From Escherichia virus TH54, in sequence record MT446420.1: a stretch of DNA of 64,000 nt. One strand, written 5' to 3'. The notes beneath the pieces were generated by a model. That model worked only from the letters and a program-made list of their open reading frames with translations. It was not told the DNA's origin and did no database searches. Every line of letters begins with the position of its first letter. Within the stretch, counting starts at the first letter, position 1. The position numbers were made by a program, and so were the translations under genes. Below, piece by piece: positions 49,109-58,891 of this stretch.

Positions 49109-51088
49109 ATGGCTTTATTATCCCCGGGCATTGAGCTCAAAGAAACAACGGTCCAAAGCACTGTTGTTCGTAACGCGACGGGTCGTGCGGCGCTGGTTGG
49201 TAAATTCCAGTGGGGCCCAGCTTTCCAGGTAACTCAAATTACAAACGAAGTGGAACTTGTCGATTTGTTTGGTGGTCCGAACAATATTACGGCTGACTAC
49301 TTTATGAGTGGAATGAACTTCCTTCAATATGGTAATGACCTGCGCACAGTTCGTGTTGTTAACCGTGAATTTGCTAAAAACGCATCCCCAGTAGCAGGGA
49401 ACATCGAAAGCACAATCGCTACTGCAGGTTCTAACTATGCAGTCGGTGACGTTATCCAGGTTAAACACAACCAGACTGTTGTTGAAACCGCTGGCCGTAT
49501 CACCAAGGTTGACGTTGACGGGAAAATCCTTGCGGTCTTCATTCCGTCTGACAAAATTATTGCCTTTGCAAAATCTGTAAATCAGTATCCTGCTTTAGGC
49601 CCGGCTTGGACTGCTGAAATCCTGACCACTTCTTCAGGTGTGTCTGGTACGATTACCCTTGGAAAAATTGTTACCGATTCTGGTATCCTGTTGACCGAAG
49701 CGGAAAATAGTGAAGAAGCTATTACCTCTCTGGAATTTCAGGCTTCCCTACAGAAATATGCAATGCCAGGTGTTGTTGCTCTTTATCCTGGTGAAATCGG
49801 CTCGACTCTCGAAGTTGAAATCGTTTCCAAAGCTGCTTATGATGCTGGTGCTTCGAAGATGTTGGATATTTATCCAGGCGGCGGTTCCCGTGCTTCTGTA
49901 GCTCGTGCGGTGTTTAACTACGGACCACAGTCTGACGACCAGTATGCAATCATCGTTCGTCGTGATGGTGCTATCGTTGAAAACGTTGTTCTGTCAACTA
50001 AAGAAGGCGATAAAGACGTTTACGGCAACAACATTTATCTGGACGACTACTTTGCAAAAGGTACTTCCAATTACATCTATGCAACTTCTCTGAACTGGCC
50101 AAAAGGCTTTGCAGGCATCATCAATCTGATGGGCGGTATTTCTGCAAACGACCAGGTTACTGCTGGTGATTTGATGCAAGGTTGGGACCTGTTTGCTGAC
50201 CGTGAAGCACTGCATATTAACCTGCTTATCGCTGGTGCTTGTGCTGGTGAAGGTGATGCGACTGCTTCCACTGTTCAGAAGCACGTAGTTTCTATCGCTG
50301 ACGAACGTCAGGATTGCCTGGCATTTATCTCTCCACCGAAAGGTCTGTTGGTTAACGTTCCCCTGACCCGCGCAGTGGATAACCTGATTGACTGGCGTAC
50401 GGGTGCTGGTGCATTTGATACTGATAACATGAATATCAGCACGACTTATGCAGCGATTGATGGTAACTATAAATATCAGTATGATAAATATAACGACGTT
50501 AACCGTTGGGTTCCTCTGGCAGCTGATATGGCTGGTCTGTGTGCTCGTACTGATGATATTTCTCAGCCTTGGATGTCTCCAGCCGGTTATAACCGTGGTC
50601 AGATTCTGAACGTTCTGAAATTGGCAATCGAACCTCGCCAGACCCAACGTGACCGCATGTATCAAGAAGCTATCAACCCAGTTGTTGGTTTCGCAGGTGG
50701 TGATGGTTTTGTTCTGTATGGTGATAAGACTGCAACTAAAGTTCCATCTCCGATGGACCATATTAACGTTCGTCGTCTTACGAATATGCTGAAGAAAAAT
50801 ATCGGTGACGCATCCAAATATAAACTGTTTGAGCTTAACGATAACTTCACTCGTGCATCATTCCGTATGGAAACTTCTCAATACTTGGATGGTATTCGTG
50901 CGCTTGGTGGCATTTATGAAGGTCGTGTGGTTTGTGATACTACTAACAACACCCCGTCGGTCATTGACCGAAATGAGTTTGTTGCTAGCATTTATTTTAA
51001 ACCCGCGCGCAGCATCAACTACATCACTCTTAACTTCGTGGCAACAAGCACGGGTGCGGATTTTGATGAGCTGATTGGGCCACAATAA
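49109..51088 (+). CDS. 18: tail sheath protein gp18
   Basis: 659 aa. Confidence 0.92.
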   Translation: MALLSPGIELKETTVQSTVVRNATGRAALVGKFQWGPAFQVTQITNEVELVDLFGGPNNITADYFMSGMNFLQYGNDLRTVRVVNREFAKNASPVAGNIESTIATAGSNYAVGDVIQVKHNQTVVETAGRITKVDVDGKILAVFIPSDKIIAFAKSVNQYPALGPAWTAEILTTSSGVSGTITLGKIVTDSGILLTEAENSEEAITSLEFQASLQKYAMPGVVALYPGEIGSTLEVEIVSKAAYDAGASKMLDIYPGGGSRASVARAVFNYGPQSDDQYAIIVRRDGAIVENVVLSTKEGDKDVYGNNIYLDDYFAKGTSNYIYATSLNWPKGFAGIINLMGGISANDQVTAGDLMQGWDLFADREALHINLLIAGACAGEGDATASTVQKHVVSIADERQDCLAFISPPKGLLVNVPLTRAVDNLIDWRTGAGAFDTDNMNISTTYAAIDGNYKYQYDKYNDVNRWVPLAADMAGLCARTDDISQPWMSPAGYNRGQILNVLKLAIEPRQTQRDRMYQEAINPVVGFAGGDGFVLYGDKTATKVPSPMDHINVRRLTNMLKKNIGDASKYKLFELNDNFTRASFRMETSQYLDGIRALGGIYEGRVVCDTTNNTPSVIDRNEFVASIYFKPARSINYITLNFVATSTGADFDELIGPQ

Positions 51089-51146
51089 TTATCATCGCTT
51101 AGAATGAATTAACTAGCAGCAAAACCGTAGAACCATTATACAGTGC

Positions 51147-51154
51147 TATAAATA
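51147..51154 (+). promoter_or_regulatory. late promoter TATAAATA inside inverted repeat, upstream of gene 19
   Basis: octamer lies in loop between CCGTAGAACC and GGTTCTACGG arms. Confidence 0.45.
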
Positions 51155-51233
51155 AAAGCATAATCGGTTCTACGGGCTCCTGTGGTTGATTCTGGGAAGC
51201 CATTATCTTGAGATGATGAATCATATTACCTAG

Positions 51234-51241
51234 TATAAATA
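51234..51241 (+). promoter_or_regulatory. late promoter TATAAATA for gene 19
   Basis: second exact octamer about 50 nt upstream of ATG 51294. Confidence 0.5.
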
Positions 51242-51293
51242 CATGCATCAGGGGCGCGTACGCGCGACCTGTGTCTATAAAGAGGATTCCTTA

Positions 51294-51785
51294 ATGGAGT
51301 TGACCGATATCACACGCGCTTTCGAATCCGGTGACTTTGCTCGCCCTAACCTGTTCGAAGTCGAAATCCCGTTCCTGGGTAAAAACTTTGCTTTCCATTG
51401 TAAAGCAGCCCCGATGCCAGCAGGCATTGTAGAAAAAGTTCCTGTCGGTTACATGAACCGTAAAATCAACGTTGCGGGCGACCGTACATTTGATGACTGG
51501 ACTATTACGATTTATAACGACGATGCTCATAAAGTTCGTCAAGCAATTGTTGATTGGCAAAACCTGTGTCACGGTATGACTAACGAAATCACCGGTGCAG
51601 CTCCTGCTGATTATAAGAAAACCGCTACTGTTCGTCAGTTCCATCGTGATGGTAAGACCGTTACGAAAGAAGTTGTTATTACCGGCATGTGGCCAACCAA
51701 CGTTGGGGAAGTCCAGATGGATTGGGACAGTAACAACGAAATTGAAACGTTCGAAGCAACGTTCGCAATTGACTGGTGGGAATAA
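51294..51785 (+). CDS. 19: tail tube protein gp19
   Basis: 163 aa from MELTDITRAFESGDFARPNLFEVEI; near-identical to T4 gp19. Confidence 0.9.
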   Translation: MELTDITRAFESGDFARPNLFEVEIPFLGKNFAFHCKAAPMPAGIVEKVPVGYMNRKINVAGDRTFDDWTITIYNDDAHKVRQAIVDWQNLCHGMTNEITGAAPADYKKTATVRQFHRDGKTVTKEVVITGMWPTNVGEVQMDWDSNNEIETFEATFAIDWWE

Positions 51786-51786
51786 G

Positions 51787-51794
51787 TATAAATA
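51787..51794 (+). promoter_or_regulatory. late promoter TATAAATA for gene 20
   Basis: exact octamer followed by 5' leader hairpin ATGAGGCttcgGCCTCAT. Confidence 0.55.
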
Positions 51795-51842
51795 AAGTTA
51801 TTATGAGGCTTCGGCCTCATTTCCCAAACTTCGGAGACTCTA

Positions 51843-53417
51843 ATGGCAGGTTTTAACACAATACTAAATTTTCTTAAGCCTTGGGCTAAAGAAGATGAAC
51901 AAGAATATAAGCAACAAGAAAAAAATAATTTAGAGTCAATGACCGGGCCGAAGTTTGACGATGGGGCTCGCGAAATTGAGTCACAAGAACAAAACGTCCC
52001 GTATAATGCATTGATGCAACAGATGTTCGGGAGTAATGAACCTGAAGTAAAAAATACCAGGGAATTAATTGACACCTACCGCAACTTACTAAATAATTAT
52101 GAAGTTGATAACGCGGTGCAAGAAATTGTGTCTGATGCTATCGTTTTTGAAGACGGTAAAGATGTTGTAGCTCTTAATCTTGATGCTACCGAATTTAGTC
52201 AGAAAATTAAAGACCGAATCCTTGAAGAATTCGCGGAAGTTAATAACCTCCTTAATTTCGAGCGTAAAGGTTCTGACCACTTTAAACGTTGGTATGTGGA
52301 TTCTCGAATTTTCTTCCACAAAATTATCAACCCAGCAAAACTTAAAGATGGAGTTCAAGAACTTCGTCGTCTTGACCCAAGACAAATCCAGTTCATCCGT
52401 GAAATCGTTACACGCATGGAAAATGGTACAAAAATTGTTGACGGTTACAGAGAATATTTTGTATACGATACTGGTCATGAAAGTTATTGTGCCGATGGTC
52501 GTATATATGAAGCAGGTACTAAAATAAAAATTCCTCGTGCGGCGATTGTATATGCGCATTCTGGATTACTCGATTGTTGTGGCAAGAATATCATCGGATA
52601 CTTGCAACGAGCAATTAAACCTGCAAACCAATTAAAACTATTAGAAGATGCTTTAGTCATTTATCGTATAACTCGTGCTCCAGACCGCCGAGTCTTTTAT
52701 ATTGATACTGGGAATATGCCGTCTCGTAAAGCAGCAGCGCATATGCAACATATTATGAACACGATGAAAAACCGTGTCGTATATGATGCAACCACGGGTA
52801 AAATCAAAAACCAACAGCACAACATGTCTATGACAGAAGACTATTGGTTGCAACGTCGTGATGGTAAAGCTGTCACTGAAGTTGATACTCTTCCGGGCGC
52901 GCAAGGCATGTCGGATATGGATGATGTTCGCTGGTTTAAGAACAACCTATATCAGGCTCTCCGAATTCCATTATCTCGTATCCCTAATGACCAAAACAGC
53001 GGCGTTATGTTTGATGCGGGCTCGACAATTACTCGCGATGAATTGAATTTCTCTAAATGGATTAGGCAGCTACAGAATAAATTTGAAGAAGTTTTCCTCG
53101 ACCCGCTTAAAACCAACCTTATCCTGAAAAAAATTATTTCAGAAGAGGAATGGGAAAAGGAACTAAATAATATTAAAGTTACGTTCAACCGTGATAGCTA
53201 TTTCACCGAAATGAAAGACGCAGAAATCATGGAACGCAGAATCAATATGCTAACGATGGCTGAACCGTTTATCGGTAAATATATTTCGCATCAAACGGCT
53301 ATGAAGGATTTCCTCCAGATGTCTGATGAAGAAATTAATCAAGAAGCTAAGCAAATTGAATTGGAGTCCAAAGAGGCTCGTTTCCAAAACCCTGAAGAAG
53401 AAGAAGAGGATTTCTAA
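51843..53417 (+). CDS. 20: portal protein gp20
   Basis: 524 aa. Confidence 0.92.
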   Translation: MAGFNTILNFLKPWAKEDEQEYKQQEKNNLESMTGPKFDDGAREIESQEQNVPYNALMQQMFGSNEPEVKNTRELIDTYRNLLNNYEVDNAVQEIVSDAIVFEDGKDVVALNLDATEFSQKIKDRILEEFAEVNNLLNFERKGSDHFKRWYVDSRIFFHKIINPAKLKDGVQELRRLDPRQIQFIREIVTRMENGTKIVDGYREYFVYDTGHESYCADGRIYEAGTKIKIPRAAIVYAHSGLLDCCGKNIIGYLQRAIKPANQLKLLEDALVIYRITRAPDRRVFYIDTGNMPSRKAAAHMQHIMNTMKNRVVYDATTGKIKNQQHNMSMTEDYWLQRRDGKAVTEVDTLPGAQGMSDMDDVRWFKNNLYQALRIPLSRIPNDQNSGVMFDAGSTITRDELNFSKWIRQLQNKFEEVFLDPLKTNLILKKIISEEEWEKELNNIKVTFNRDSYFTEMKDAEIMERRINMLTMAEPFIGKYISHQTAMKDFLQMSDEEINQEAKQIELESKEARFQNPEEEEEDF

Positions 53418-53674
53418 TGGATGATTTATTTGAAGCCATTAAATCAAACGACCTCGTAGCCGTTCGCAAATATTTTGCTGAAAACATTGGCCCAGTATGC
53501 GGTAGTTTGATTGAAGAACGTAAGATTGAAATTGCACGTTCCATCATGATTGAAGGCGAAGAGCCTAAAGAAGAAGATGAAGGCAAGGACGACGGCAAAG
53601 AAGAAAAGAAAGACAAAAAAGAATCTGATGACGCTGACGAAGGCGACGATGATGAAGATGAGGACGATGAATAA
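53417..53674 (+). CDS. 67: prohead core protein gp67
   Basis: 85 aa, acidic Glu/Asp-rich tail. Confidence 0.75.
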   Translation: MDDLFEAIKSNDLVAVRKYFAENIGPVCGSLIEERKIEIARSIMIEGEEPKEEDEGKDDGKEEKKDKKESDDADEGDDDEDEDDE

Positions 53675-54102
53675 TGTTTATTATCCCTGATGATTACGAA
53701 TTAACTCTTGAAAACATCGAAAGTGTTTCCGAAGAAGCTCAGGGACAATTTGATTCATTATCCGAAGCCTTAGAAAAAGACGATATAAATATTATTGTAG
53801 AAAACATGTTTGCAGCCGGTGAATACGAAAAAGCAACGGTTATCGGCGCACTGAATGAAGGTGTTCAGCTTAACGAATTTATCGTTAAACATGTATCGTC
53901 TCGCGGTGAGTTAACCCGCACAAAAGACCTAGCTACTCGTAAGCGTAATGCTTTCCAAACAACTGGTCTTTCTAAAGCTAAACGTCGTCAAATTGCCCGT
54001 CTGGCTACTAAAACAAAAAGAGCAAACCCATCTACGCAAATCAGAGCAGAGCGCAAGCGCAAAAAAGCTCGAGCTAAGCGTAAAGCATTCGGACTTGATT
54101 AA
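53674..54102 (+). CDS. 68: prohead core protein gp68
   Basis: 142 aa, basic C-terminus. Confidence 0.75.
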   Translation: MFIIPDDYELTLENIESVSEEAQGQFDSLSEALEKDDINIIVENMFAAGEYEKATVIGALNEGVQLNEFIVKHVSSRGELTRTKDLATRKRNAFQTTGLSKAKRRQIARLATKTKRANPSTQIRAERKRKKARAKRKAFGLD

Positions 54103-54740
54103 TGGAACAGAAACCAGAGTTACTAATCGAACACTGGGGTCAACCGGGCGAAATTAAAGATGGTGTACCGATGTTGGAATCTCATGATGGTTCCAGCAGC
54201 GGTTTAAAGCCAGGACTTTATATTGAAGGTATTTTCCTACAAGCTGAAGTTGTTAACCGTAATAAACGACTTTATCCTAAACATATTTTGGAAAAAGCCG
54301 TTGCGGACTATATCGCCGAACAGGTTGAAACCAAACAGTCTCTTGGAGAATTAAACCATCCACCTCGTGCAAACGTTGACCCTATGCAGGCGGCAATTAT
54401 TATAGAGGACATGTGGTGGAAAGGGAATGATGTATATGGCCGCGCGCGTATTATCGAAGGCGACCATGGCCCAGGTGATAAACTTGCTGCGAATATAAGA
54501 GCAGGTTGGATTCCTGGTGTATCTAGTCGTGGACTTGGTTCCTTGACTAAATCAGCAAAAGGTTATAGCATCGTTAATGAAGGTTTTAAATTGACGGTTG
54601 GAGTAGACGCAGTATGGGGGCCAAGTGCTCCGGACGCTTGGGTCAAACCAAAGCAGATTACAGAATCACAAACGGCAGTTGCCGATACCAGTGCCGATGA
54701 CGCCTTTATGGCTCTCGCAGAGGCTTTAAAGACGTTATAA
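54102..54740 (+). CDS. 21: prohead core protease gp21
   Basis: 212 aa. Confidence 0.9.
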   Translation: MEQKPELLIEHWGQPGEIKDGVPMLESHDGSSSGLKPGLYIEGIFLQAEVVNRNKRLYPKHILEKAVADYIAEQVETKQSLGELNHPPRANVDPMQAAIIIEDMWWKGNDVYGRARIIEGDHGPGDKLAANIRAGWIPGVSSRGLGSLTKSAKGYSIVNEGFKLTVGVDAVWGPSAPDAWVKPKQITESQTAVADTSADDAFMALAEALKTL

Positions 54741-54743
54741 ATA
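54736..54743 (+). promoter_or_regulatory. late promoter TATAAATA for gene 22
   Basis: exact octamer 30 nt upstream of ATG. Confidence 0.55.
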
Positions 54744-54772
54744 AATGTATATCTTAACAACAGGACTACAAA

Positions 54773-55591
54773 ATGCTTAAAGAACAACTCATTTCTGAAG
54801 CTCAGAATATCGATGCTTCCGTTGCTCTTGATAGTATTTTCGAATCAGTTAATTTGTCCCCGGAAGCGAAAGCTACCTTCGGCACTGTATTCGAAGCTAC
54901 CGTCAAGCAACACGCCATCAAACTGGCAGAATCTCACATTCACGCCATCGCTGAAAAAGCTGAAGAAGAAGTCGAAAAGAATAAAGAAGAAGCCGACGAA
55001 AAAGCAGAGAAAAAACTGAAAGAATCTGCAGCTAAATTCCTGGACCACGTTGCTAAAGAATGGCTCGCTGAAAATAAACTGGCTGTCGACCGTGGCATTA
55101 AAGCCGACCTGTTCGAATCCATGTTCACCGGCATGAAAGAACTGTTCGTTGAGCACAACGTTGTTGTTCCAGAAGAATCTGTCGATGTTGTTGCAGAAAT
55201 GCAGGAAGAACTGGCTGAACAGAAAGAAGAAACCGCTAATCTGTTCGAAGAAGTTGCTAAGCGTGATGCTTATATCAATTATGTCCAACGTGAAGTTGCG
55301 TTGACTGAAGCGACTAAAGACCTGACTGAATCTCAAAAAGAAAAAGTTGGTTCTCTGGTAGAAGGCATGGAATACTCTGATGCATTCGGTACCAAAATTG
55401 GCGCTATCGTTGAAATGGTTAAAGGTCAGGTAGAAGCCACCGACAAACCAATCACCGAAGCCGCTATAAATAAAAATGTAGACGATGCTGCGGCACTGAA
55501 TTACATTTCAGAAGCAGTTGAAGAAAAAGGCACCAAGCCTACCCTGTCCTTTGCGGACTTGTCTGCTCTCGCAGCATCACGAATTTCTTAA
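54773..55591 (+). CDS. 22: prohead core scaffold protein gp22
   Basis: 272 aa, highly helical and acidic. Confidence 0.85.
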   Translation: MLKEQLISEAQNIDASVALDSIFESVNLSPEAKATFGTVFEATVKQHAIKLAESHIHAIAEKAEEEVEKNKEEADEKAEKKLKESAAKFLDHVAKEWLAENKLAVDRGIKADLFESMFTGMKELFVEHNVVVPEESVDVVAEMQEELAEQKEETANLFEEVAKRDAYINYVQREVALTEATKDLTESQKEKVGSLVEGMEYSDAFGTKIGAIVEMVKGQVEATDKPITEAAINKNVDDAAALNYISEAVEEKGTKPTLSFADLSALAASRIS

Positions 55592-55612
55592 TTTAATAAG
55601 GTTATACAACAC

Positions 55613-57172
55613 ATGAAAAAGAATGCATTAGTTCAAAAATGGTCCGCTCTGTTGGAAAACGAAGCTCTTCCGGAAATCGTTGGTGCTTCCAAACAAGCTA
55701 TCATCGCTAAAATCTTTGAAAACCAGGAACAAGATATTCTGACCGCTCCTGAATATCGTGACGAAAAAATCTCCGAAGCATTTGGTTCTTTCTTGACCGA
55801 AGCTGAAATCGGTGGTGACCATGGTTATGATGCTACCAATATCGCTGCTGGCCAGACCTCTGGTGCAGTAACTCAGATTGGGCCGGCAGTTATGGGTATG
55901 GTTCGTCGTGCTATCCCGCATCTGATTGCGTTTGATATTTGTGGCGTACAGCCTCTGAACAACCCGACTGGCCAGGTATTTGCCCTGCGCGCAGTTTACG
56001 GTAAAGACCCTGTAGCTGCTGGTGCTAAAGAAGCTTTCCACCCGATGTATGCTCCGAACGCTATGTTCTCTGGTCAGGGCGCCGCTCAGACTTTTGAAGC
56101 TCTGGCTGCAAGCAAAGTTCTGGAAGTTGGTAAAATTTATTCTCACTTCTTCGAAGCAACCGGTTCCGCGCACTTCCAGGCTGTTGAAGCTGTAACCGTT
56201 GATGCTGGCGCTACTGACGCTGCTAAACTGGATGCTGAAGTTACCAAACTGCTCGAAGCTGGCAAACTGGCTGAACTGGCTGAAGGTATGGCTACCTCTA
56301 TCGCCGAACTTCAAGAAGGTTTTAACGGTTCCTCTGATAACCCGTGGAACGAAATGGGCTTCCGTATCGATAAACAAGTTATCGAAGCTAAATCTCGCCA
56401 GCTGAAAGCAAGCTACTCTATCGAATTGGCACAGGACCTGCGCGCTGTTCACGGTATGGATGCTGATGCCGAATTGAGTGGTATTCTGGCTACCGAAATT
56501 ATGTTGGAAATCAACCGCGAAGTTATCGATTGGATTAACTACTCCGCACAGGTTGGTAAATCTGGTATGACCAACACCGTTGGCGCTAAAGCTGGTGTGT
56601 TTGACTTCCAGGACCCGATTGATATCCGTGGTGCGCGTTGGGCTGGTGAAAGCTTCAAAGCTTTACTGTTCCAGATTGATAAAGAAGCCGCTGAAATCGC
56701 TCGTCAGACCGGTCGTGGTGCAGGTAACTTCATCATCGCTTCCCGTAACGTAGTTAACGTACTGGCTGCTGTTGACACTTCCGTAAGTTATGCTGCTCAG
56801 GGTCTGGGTAAAGGTTTCAACGTTGACACCACTAAAGCTGTGTTCGCCGGTGTTCTGGGTGGCAAATACCGTGTCTATATCGACCAGTATGCTCGTGCAG
56901 ACTATTTCACCATCGGTTACAAAGGCGCTAACGAAATGGATGCTGGTATCTACTACGCACCATATGTTGCACTGACCCCGCTGCGTGGCTCTGACCCGAA
57001 AAACTTCCAGCCGGTTATGGGCTTCAAAACCCGTTACGGTATCGGTATCAACCCGTTTGCTGACCCTGCTGCTCAGGCTCCGACCAAGCGCATTCAGAAC
57101 GGCATGCCGGACATCGTTAACAGCCTTGGCTTGAACGGTTACTTCCGCCGCGTATATGTTAAAGGAATTTAA
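55613..57172 (+). CDS. 23: major capsid protein gp23
   Basis: 519 aa. Confidence 0.95.
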   Translation: MKKNALVQKWSALLENEALPEIVGASKQAIIAKIFENQEQDILTAPEYRDEKISEAFGSFLTEAEIGGDHGYDATNIAAGQTSGAVTQIGPAVMGMVRRAIPHLIAFDICGVQPLNNPTGQVFALRAVYGKDPVAAGAKEAFHPMYAPNAMFSGQGAAQTFEALAASKVLEVGKIYSHFFEATGSAHFQAVEAVTVDAGATDAAKLDAEVTKLLEAGKLAELAEGMATSIAELQEGFNGSSDNPWNEMGFRIDKQVIEAKSRQLKASYSIELAQDLRAVHGMDADAELSGILATEIMLEINREVIDWINYSAQVGKSGMTNTVGAKAGVFDFQDPIDIRGARWAGESFKALLFQIDKEAAEIARQTGRGAGNFIIASRNVVNVLAAVDTSVSYAAQGLGKGFNVDTTKAVFAGVLGGKYRVYIDQYARADYFTIGYKGANEMDAGIYYAPYVALTPLRGSDPKNFQPVMGFKTRYGIGINPFADPAAQAPTKRIQNGMPDIVNSLGLNGYFRRVYVKGI

Positions 57173-57190
57173 TCCTAGATTAAGTTAAAT

Positions 57191-57222
57191 AAAAAGGGAC
57201 CCTTGAGGTCCCTTTCTTGTTT
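57191..57222. terminator. bidirectional intrinsic terminator GGGACCcttgaGGTCCC
   Basis: perfect 6-bp stem flanked by A5 and TTTCTTGTTTT. Confidence 0.7.
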
Positions 57223-57504
57223 TCATACCATACCATTTAAATGAACTTCTACCCGGCGCTTGATAAGGTCTCTGAAGTTAACATTGTTTTCTTGAAGTTT
57301 CAACCAGTTACCATTTTTATCTTTAGTGTGAGTAGAATAATTACCATTCCACCAGAAATCAGTGTCATATGCTAAGTTTTCATATTTTTTAACTAGTTTG
57401 TTCAGAGCATTGCCATTAACACCATTTGGGTATTTGTTGACCAATGCAATAACTTCAATTTCCAATTTTTTAAAGGTATTCAGAAGGAAAGTTGCTTTGT
57501 TCAT
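57223..57504 (-). CDS. small hypothetical protein inserted between genes 23 and 24
   Basis: 93 aa from second Met (MNKATFLLNTFKK), which is preceded by GGAG; early promoter cassette upstream. Confidence 0.45.
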   Translation of the reverse strand: MNKATFLLNTFKKLEIEVIALVNKYPNGVNGNALNKLVKKYENLAYDTDFWWNGNYSTHTKDKNGNWLKLQENNVNFRDLIKRRVEVHLNGMV

Positions 57505-57506
57505 TT

Positions 57507-57571
57507 TAGACTCCATTGTTTGGTAACTCAGTATGAAATCATTATGTCTTATCTTAATCGGGTTGTAAACA
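57507..57571 (-). promoter_or_regulatory. early promoter cassette (-35 GTTTAC, -10 CATAAT) with conserved leader, inside late module
   Basis: same leader block as cassettes at 33-100 and 19.5-21 kb. Confidence 0.55.
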
Positions 57572-57576
57572 ACTTT

Positions 57577-57584
57577 TATAAATA
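57577..57584 (+). promoter_or_regulatory. late promoter TATAAATA for gene 24
   Basis: exact octamer 27 nt upstream of ATG. Confidence 0.55.
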
Positions 57585-57610
57585 AAGTATATCACAAAAG
57601 GAAAGCGCAA

Positions 57611-58891
57611 ATGGCAAAGATTAACAAATTACTGCGCGAGTCAACTATTACTACCAGCAACTCCTTGGGCCGCCCGAATCTTGTTGCTTTGACCCGCGCT
57701 ACGACTAAATTGATTTACCGCGATATCATCGCTGAACAACGTACTAACCAGCCTGTTGCTGCACTGTATGGTGTTAAATATCTTACTCCTGATAACGAAT
57801 TCAGTTTCCAGACGGGCGCTACTTATGGAGGTGAAGTCGGTTCTAAAGACCGTACAACTATTCCAGAGTTAGCTACAGCCACTCAGCCTGTGGCTAAAGG
57901 CGAATATGTAAAATACCAAAATATCGTTTACAAAGCTCTGGTTGATAATCCATTTGCATCGACCACAGAAACAGTGTTATCTGATGTTCTGCAAGAAGGT
58001 CTTATTGCATCGACTATTCGCCTTGTTCCTGATGCAGCACACACCGAGAAATTTGAAACCGGTGATGTTGAAATTAGCAATGCTGTATTCCAGGTTAACA
58101 AATGGAATGCTCCGGTTAAAACACGTAAATTGAAAACTGCATTAACTGTTGAACTTGCCCAGGATATGGAAGCAAATGGTTTTAATGCTCCTGCTTTCTT
58201 AGAAGACCTGCTTGCCACTATTATGGCAGATGAAATTAACAAAGATGTTCTTCAGTCTCTTATTACCGTTTCCAAGCGTTATAAAGTAACTGGCGTTTCT
58301 GACAATGGTTCGGTTGATTTGACATATGATGCAGCCCCGGAAGGCGCACGTAAACTGTATGAACTGGTTTGCGAAATGAACTCCGAAATTCAGAAAACTA
58401 CATCTTATTCCGGTACCTTTGTTGTTGCCTCTAGCCGTGTTGCTGCTATGTTGGCCGGTTCTGGTTGGTTGAAACACAGACCAGAAGATGAGCAATGGCT
58501 CCCCGAAACCGCTTATGGATATTTGATTAATGGTCTCCCTGTATTCTGTGATGTTAACAGCCCATTGGATTATGTAACCGTTGGCGTTAAAGAAAATTAC
58601 GGCGGAAACGAAGTCGTAGGTTCAATCTTCTATGCTCCTTATACCGAAGGCCTGGACTTGGATGATGAAGAGCACGTGGGCGCGTTTAAGGTCATCGTGG
58701 ACCCAGACAGCTTGCAGCCATCTATCTCCCTGATGGTTCGATATGCACTTTCAGCCAACCCTTACACCGTTGCTAAAGACGATAAAGAAGCTCGTATTAT
58801 CGATGCAACCAATATGGATTTAATGGCCGGTCAGAGCAACATGTCTTATCTGCTCGGTGTTAAACTTCCGCCAATCATTTATGAGGCGTAA
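57611..58891 (+). CDS. 24: capsid vertex protein gp24
   Basis: 426 aa; MAKINKLLRESTITTSNSLGRPNLVALTRATTKLIY close to T4 gp24. Confidence 0.9.
   Translation: MAKINKLLRESTITTSNSLGRPNLVALTRATTKLIYRDIIAEQRTNQPVAALYGVKYLTPDNEFSFQTGATYGGEVGSKDRTTIPELATATQPVAKGEYVKYQNIVYKALVDNPFASTTETVLSDVLQEGLIASTIRLVPDAAHTEKFETGDVEISNAVFQVNKWNAPVKTRKLKTALTVELAQDMEANGFNAPAFLEDLLATIMADEINKDVLQSLITVSKRYKVTGVSDNGSVDLTYDAAPEGARKLYELVCEMNSEIQKTTSYSGTFVVASSRVAAMLAGSGWLKHRPEDEQWLPETAYGYLINGLPVFCDVNSPLDYVTVGVKENYGGNEVVGSIFYAPYTEGLDLDDEEHVGAFKVIVDPDSLQPSISLMVRYALSANPYTVAKDDKEARIIDATNMDLMAGQSNMSYLLGVKLPPIIYEA

Noticed and set aside
49994-50761. 255-aa minus-strand ORF inside gp18
   Set aside because: Antisense to a well-supported late structural gene, with no SD or promoter and odd Cys/Thr-rich composition; an open antisense frame by chance.
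54845-55336. 163-aa minus-strand ORF inside gp22
   Set aside because: Antisense to the Glu/Lys-rich scaffold gene; translation is Phe-rich mirror-image low complexity.
55628-56452. 274-aa minus-strand ORF inside gp23
   Set aside because: Antisense to the major capsid gene; low-complexity Phe/Ser-rich translation; no expression signals.
57223-57516. Homing endonuclease (segD-like) between genes 23 and 24
   Set aside because: The 93-97 aa product has no GIY-YIG or HNH catalytic motif and is too short; retained only as a small hypothetical ORF.
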